From an uncultured candidatus Porisulfidus sp. (GTDB taxonomy: Bacteria; Pseudomonadota; Gammaproteobacteria; Poriferisulfidales; Oxydemutatoraceae): a stretch of DNA of 64,000 nt. Positions within the stretch are counted from its first letter, which is position 1, and the number at the start of each line of letters is the position of its first letter. The stretch lies in contig OZ244052.1 of NCBI GenBank assembly GCA_965215125.1, positions 128,001-192,000 of the forward strand, read 5' to 3'. Position numbers and translations under genes: made by a program. Under the pieces are notes generated by a model, which did no database searches, was not told the DNA's origin, and worked only from the letters and a program-made list of their open reading frames with translations. Of this stretch, positions 40,301-46,300 are shown in pieces.

Positions 40301-43300
40301 ACCGTTTATATTTCTGCCGACCAAGCCACCCACGTTATGACTGTCGGGGTTGGTGCCGGTTATCACGCCGACTACGGTATCTACCACGAAACTATTATAG
40401 ATGTCTCCGATGTTAACGCCGGCACCGTTATTCCTACCAACCAAACCACCTATGAAATTAGGTTGTCCCGAAGCACTGCCGTCCCCTTCAACCTTGCCAC
40501 CGATGATACCGCTATTCAATATCGTACCGTTGTTATCACCTGCCAGACCGCCGGCCCATAGCACTGCGGTTCTATGCGCTTCAACCCTAATATTTCCGAG
40601 GATCAGATTTCTAACCGTGCCGCCGGTACCTATGGTGTTGAATAAGCCGACGCGACTGATATTATCCCGGTTGATTTGCAGATTGCGGATCGTATAACCG
40701 CCGCCGTCGAAGACGCCGTTGAAAGCACCCCCTATCGGTTGCCAGCCGATATCGCCGGAGTCGCTGAAATCATCCACCGTCCATGTCTCTCTATTTGCCG
40801 GATTACGATAGCTGGCATCGTCTTCAAAATCCAGATTTCGCAATAATCTATAATTTCCGCTAAGGTTGTTGCGTATGTTGTTTAATTCTTCCAGATAGTA
40901 GATTTCTTGAGGCAATCGATAAGTCAGATACAGGTTGTATCCGTATTGTCTAGATAAAGGAACGAAGGGGGTTATTTCTACGACGAGGTGATTCACACCG
41001 CCGGCCAACTCGATTTCCTCACTGGTTTCACCGCCACCGAAGCGGGCTGTCCATGTCCGACCTCCGTCACCGGAGATGCGAAATTGCGTATTCAGATCTT
41101 CCGATTTCCCGATGAATCGGATCTTATGGTCGGGACCTACGCCGCTAAGCACAGCGTTGAAATTCCGTTTGCCGTCAAAAATGAGCGGTGAGTTTACGGC
41201 CACACCGTCGGACAATTCTAATGCTGCCATAGACGATGGTATCACGCTACCGCAGTCCGGCAACCCGGCACCGTCGCAAACCCGTATTACATCGGTGCCG
41301 CTCGTTTGGGCATATCTGAGGCGCGGGTATCGGTCGTTTTCACGGAAATCCCAGTTGTCGGTACTCCATCGGTAATAGGGCGCAGTGGAGTCGGTGGTTT
41401 GTGGAGTGCCTGATTGCAGTTCTGCGGTGGTGGTGGCGGTGCCGCCTCCGGGGCTTGAAGATTGACCGCTACTTTCGCTGTCCCAGTAGCTGTTGACGGT
41501 GGTGCCTAGTTCGAACATACTCTCATCAAATTCATTTGCTATTAAACCGCCCCGCCGTGACGACTCCGTACTTTGCGGCACGGCACCGGTTGAATAACTA
41601 TTGATAATTATTCCTTCTTCGCGGGAGCCGCTTTCTATTACATTTTGACCGGCTAAACCGCCTATACTAGCCACCCCGGCGGTGGTTATAGGTCCCGTTG
41701 CATAGCTATTGCGGATGGTAGTTATATTAAAACCGACTAAACCACCTGCAACTATATTGCTGTCGGCACCGTTGATTTGAACGCTCGCATAACTGTTGCT
41801 AATAGTACCTACATTGCGGTTTATATTATCGGCACCGTTAGATCCGACTAATCCCCCGAGAAAACTAAAAGAACGCTGCGTGGGTTGATGCGAGATAGTG
41901 CCGATTGCATAACTGTTGATGATATCGCCTGTTAGCCTAGCCGCGTTGCGAGCGACTAATCCTCCGATGCTGGCTCTCTGGTTGATTAACGCTCCGCCCT
42001 CTACGGCTGTCATATTAACAACCGCGTAACTGTTGGCAATTAGACCTAGGTTTTCGAGGACTAGACCTCCGGCCGAAGCCAGTCCCGACGAGCTAAACGA
42101 CATTGTGCCGGTTACATAACAACCGAGGATAGTACCTTCGTTTATATTAACCAACACACCGGGTGGGAAGGTCTGGGGTACTCGTATGTCGACATCGGTC
42201 AAGCCGAGGTTGCGCACAATCGCACCTGCCCCGGCTCGAAAGAATAGCCCGTTCTTTCGCGTTTGCAAGTTGGATATTGTAAAACCGTTGCCGTCAAAGG
42301 TGCCGGTAAATATCTCACCCGTAGATATAGGCTCCCAGCCGGTATCGTCGGGGTCGTTAAAGTCCACCGTATATTGCGCTTTGTTCGGCAGATGGCGATA
42401 GCTGGCATCGTCTTCAAAATCCAGATCTCTCGTCAAGCAATAATTACCGGCTAGGTTTAGAGGGTGGTTGCGTATTGCGTCGAGGTCTTCGATATAGTTG
42501 ATTCGAGTGAAAGAACTCGGGCACGATACGATTGCCGAGGGCGGCGGTGCAGGCGGGGTGATGACGGCACGGTTGAGCGTGACGAACTGGCGCGTCACTC
42601 GGCTACCCCTGACTACTATCATCAGACGCAGAGTCGGTGGGAGAAACGCCCCTCTGACTTCGGTAAATGTCAACAATATGCTGGGTTCGCCGTTTGCAAG
42701 ACCCGACTGCAACAGGGTTTTGCCGTCTGCAGCGTAGATATCAATGTCGGCATCGGCTTCATAGGCCGAGGCAATCAGGCGAATCTCGTTGACCCCACCG
42801 GCTACTTCAACCTCGCCTAGATAATCACCGCCGATGAACGGTGTGCGCAAATTGCCACCGACGACGCTCAAAGATCCCAAGCCGTGGCGTAGTGACGGCG
42901 AGATGAGCGTACCACATTCGGGCATGCCCGGCGCATCGCAAATCGGTTCTGCATCGGAGTCGGGGTGCGGCGCATATTTAAGGACCGGATATTGCCGGGC
43001 GGTTCCGAAATCCCAATCGTCGGGGCTCCAGCCGAAATACACCCCGCCGGCGTTCCTGTCCTGTGCCGTGCCTCGCTGCATCTCCTGCGTGTTTTTGCCG
43101 GTGCCACCGGCACTCGTGGTTTGACCGCTGGCTAAAGTGTCCCAATAGCTCGATTCAACGCTAGAACCGTCTGCGCTCGATGCAATTAATCCACCGCGAA
43201 AGCCGGTATTGTCGGCAGATGCTACCCTTGCGGTTGAATAGCTGTTGCGTATGATACTATTAAAGTGTTGCCTACCGACCAGCCCGCCGATTAAGGAGGC

Positions 43301-46300
43301 CGGGTCATTTACAACTAAACTAAAACCCGAACCCGATGCATAGCTATTGACGATCCGACTCGTCTGAGAACCTCCTACCAATGTTCCGGTACGAGATGAT
43401 CTATGGAGAAAATTATCAATATCGGCAACCGCATAACTATTAATAATCCTAGAGTTTACTATCCCACCGACTAAACCGCCGGTCCGATAGAAACTGGCTC
43501 TGATTTTGCCGATCGCATAGCTGTTGATAATCAAACCACCTTCCGACATGCGCCCAACCAGAATGCCGTATCTAGAATCGTTCCGGAAATTGAATAGGAA
43601 GTGTGTTATGTCCATGAATGCACTGCTGTTGATAATCTCCCCACCTCGGTTGTGACCGACAAGACCACCTATACTACTTCCTACGAAAGAATTTATCTCA
43701 CCGATTTGGCCCTGCACATGGCAGTTGATAACCTTTCCGCTATTGACGACCGCCAAACCGCCACTATCCCCAATAAATCCGCTGATCCCTGCAATCTCTA
43801 GTGTTGCTATTCTGAGATTGCGTATCACACCCGAATTATTAAGGAATAAACCTCTATCGCGGCTTGCAAAGTTAAGGTTAAAGATATTTATTTGTAGATT
43901 GTGGAGTGTATAACCGTTGCCTTCAAAGGTGCCGGTGAACGGGCCGCCGGCTATGGCTGACCAGCCGACATCGTTTCCGTCTTGAAAGTCGGATACCGTG
44001 TATGCGGCTTTGTTGATCGCCGGGTTGCGATAGCTATCGTCATCCTCAAAATCCAGATCACGGCTCAGTTCGTAACCGAAACAGCCACCGTCGGGGCAAC
44101 CGCCGGTTATCCTGCTTGCCGTGCGACTTGCACGATAAGCACTGCCGTCGAGCTGATGGCGCACCGCGTTAAGGTCTTCCAAATGATATATCTCTATCAG
44201 ACCGTTGCGGTCTTTATCCGCCACCGGCAGCGGTGTCGATGTCAAGATGTTGTCGTAGCCTTGCCCGTCTATATAAGCCACTTGCAGGCGGTAGCGGGCA
44301 GGCGGGGCGGCGTGCGCGCCGATATCAAACATCGCATCGGTTGCACCGTTTATGTTTGTCCAGCTACCGGTCCGGTCGGATTGCCATTGATACGCCAAAC
44401 CCTTAGCGGCATCGGGTGCCTCGCCGTCGGGATCCAAGGTGGTGATTTCCGACGCCGCAAGCGATTGCAATAGCGAAGTGCCTTCCACATAGGTCGGCGT
44501 TGTCAAGGAACCGGTACCGTTGTCCAGCTTGGCAACGACAAAGTTGTCGGATGCGACTGCGGTGTTGCCGAAACCGTCGCTCACCGTCACCGAGAAACTC
44601 AGCACGATTTGCATCTGCGACGGCGGTACAAAATCGGTCGGTATCTCTAGGGTCGGTTCGCCGCCCACTGCGTTTGCGAATAAATCGTATTGAAGCGGCG
44701 AGTTTTGGCTCCATGTGTGAGATAGGGGAACGAAATCCGGAAAATCGGTGACAGTGATGCTAAAACTCCGACCTTCTTCCACTCGTTTGCCGGGCAGATC
44801 CAAACGCACACTCGCAGTAAGGCTACGAATGATTTGCACGCTATAGCCTCGTGCGATAACCAGATTGGTAGGGGCAGGTGCGGCGTTGAGATTGATGGAT
44901 ACATTATCATTGCTACCGGTTATTGCTATTGCCGAACCGATATCGCCGACTTCGGCGACGACAAATCGGGCATCGCTGTCGCTTGCGGCAACATCCAAGC
45001 TGATCGTGGTCGGGGTGTTACCGACCACGACATAGTAGTTGTAAATATTCGGGTCAAATGCAGGGATTAAGGTGAATCCGTCGACGGCTATGTTTTGCAT
45101 GCGCACGAGCTGCTGCGACGGGATGTTGCCGGCGGAGTCCTTGAGTGCCGGGTATTCGCTGTCGGCACCGAAATCCCAATCCTCGGTGCGCCATTGGTAA
45201 AAAGCCTCGGATTCGCGCACGCCGGGTGCGGTGGGTAGTCTGAGGTCGGCAAAACCGATGCCACCGGCACTGGAGTCGATGCCGGTTGCGGTGATATCCC
45301 AGTAGCTGTTCAGAATTATGCCGGAGTTGCTGCTTCCGATCAAGCCACCGACATCGCTACCGTTTGCCATCACTTGCCCGGCCGCATAAGCGGTGCCGAT
45401 AGCACCGCGGTTCTCGCCGATCAAGCCACCAACCCGGTCGGTGCCTCGCACCGAGTTTTGCGCATAGCAGATATTGGCCGTGCCTCCGTGCTTGACGCCG
45501 ATTAAGCCACCGACCTTGTCGGTACCGGAGACTTGTGTGCCGGCAGCATAGCTTTGGCTTATCGTCGTCCCGGTGGTTTCGCCGATCAGACCACCGACAT
45601 TGTCCACTCCGGAGACTCTAGGGTTGACGGCATAGCTTTGGCTTATCGTCGTGGCAACGGCTGTGCCGATCAAACCACCGACATTGTATACATCGTTGTC
45701 TACCGCAGGGTCGGTGCTGTTGTCCCCGATAACCGAACCCGTTGCATGGTTAACGGCAAGGTCGCTTCGATAAAGACGGCCGGCTAAGCCGCCGACACTG
45801 TGGGCAGTACCCGACACATCGCCACCGGCATTATTGCGCCTCAACACGGTGTCCTCGGCACTGCCGACTAAGCCACCGACATTATAGGCACCTGCCACAT
45901 CACCGACGGCGTCGTTGTCGTTGATGGTGCCGGTGTCGCTAAACCCGACCAAACCGCCGGCGTGGGTAGCCTCGCCGGTCACATTGCCACTCGCCCGACT
46001 GTCGGTGATTTCGGTGTCCTCAATATGCCCGACCAGACCACCTACCCGTGCGGCGTTGCTGCCCGTTGCGATAACCGAAGCGGTTGCCGTGCTACCGATA
46101 ATCCGCGCCGTAGCGGCACGACCGATCAAACCGCCGACATCGGTGTTGCCGACGACACGACCGTCGGTGAAACCATCGACGATGACACGCACACGCACGG
46201 TTGATGTCGTCGGGTTTGCCGCGATGTCGCCTAATATACCGACCAAACCACCTATGTTACTGTCGCCGCTCACCGTGATATCGGTCGCCGCGCTTTCGGC

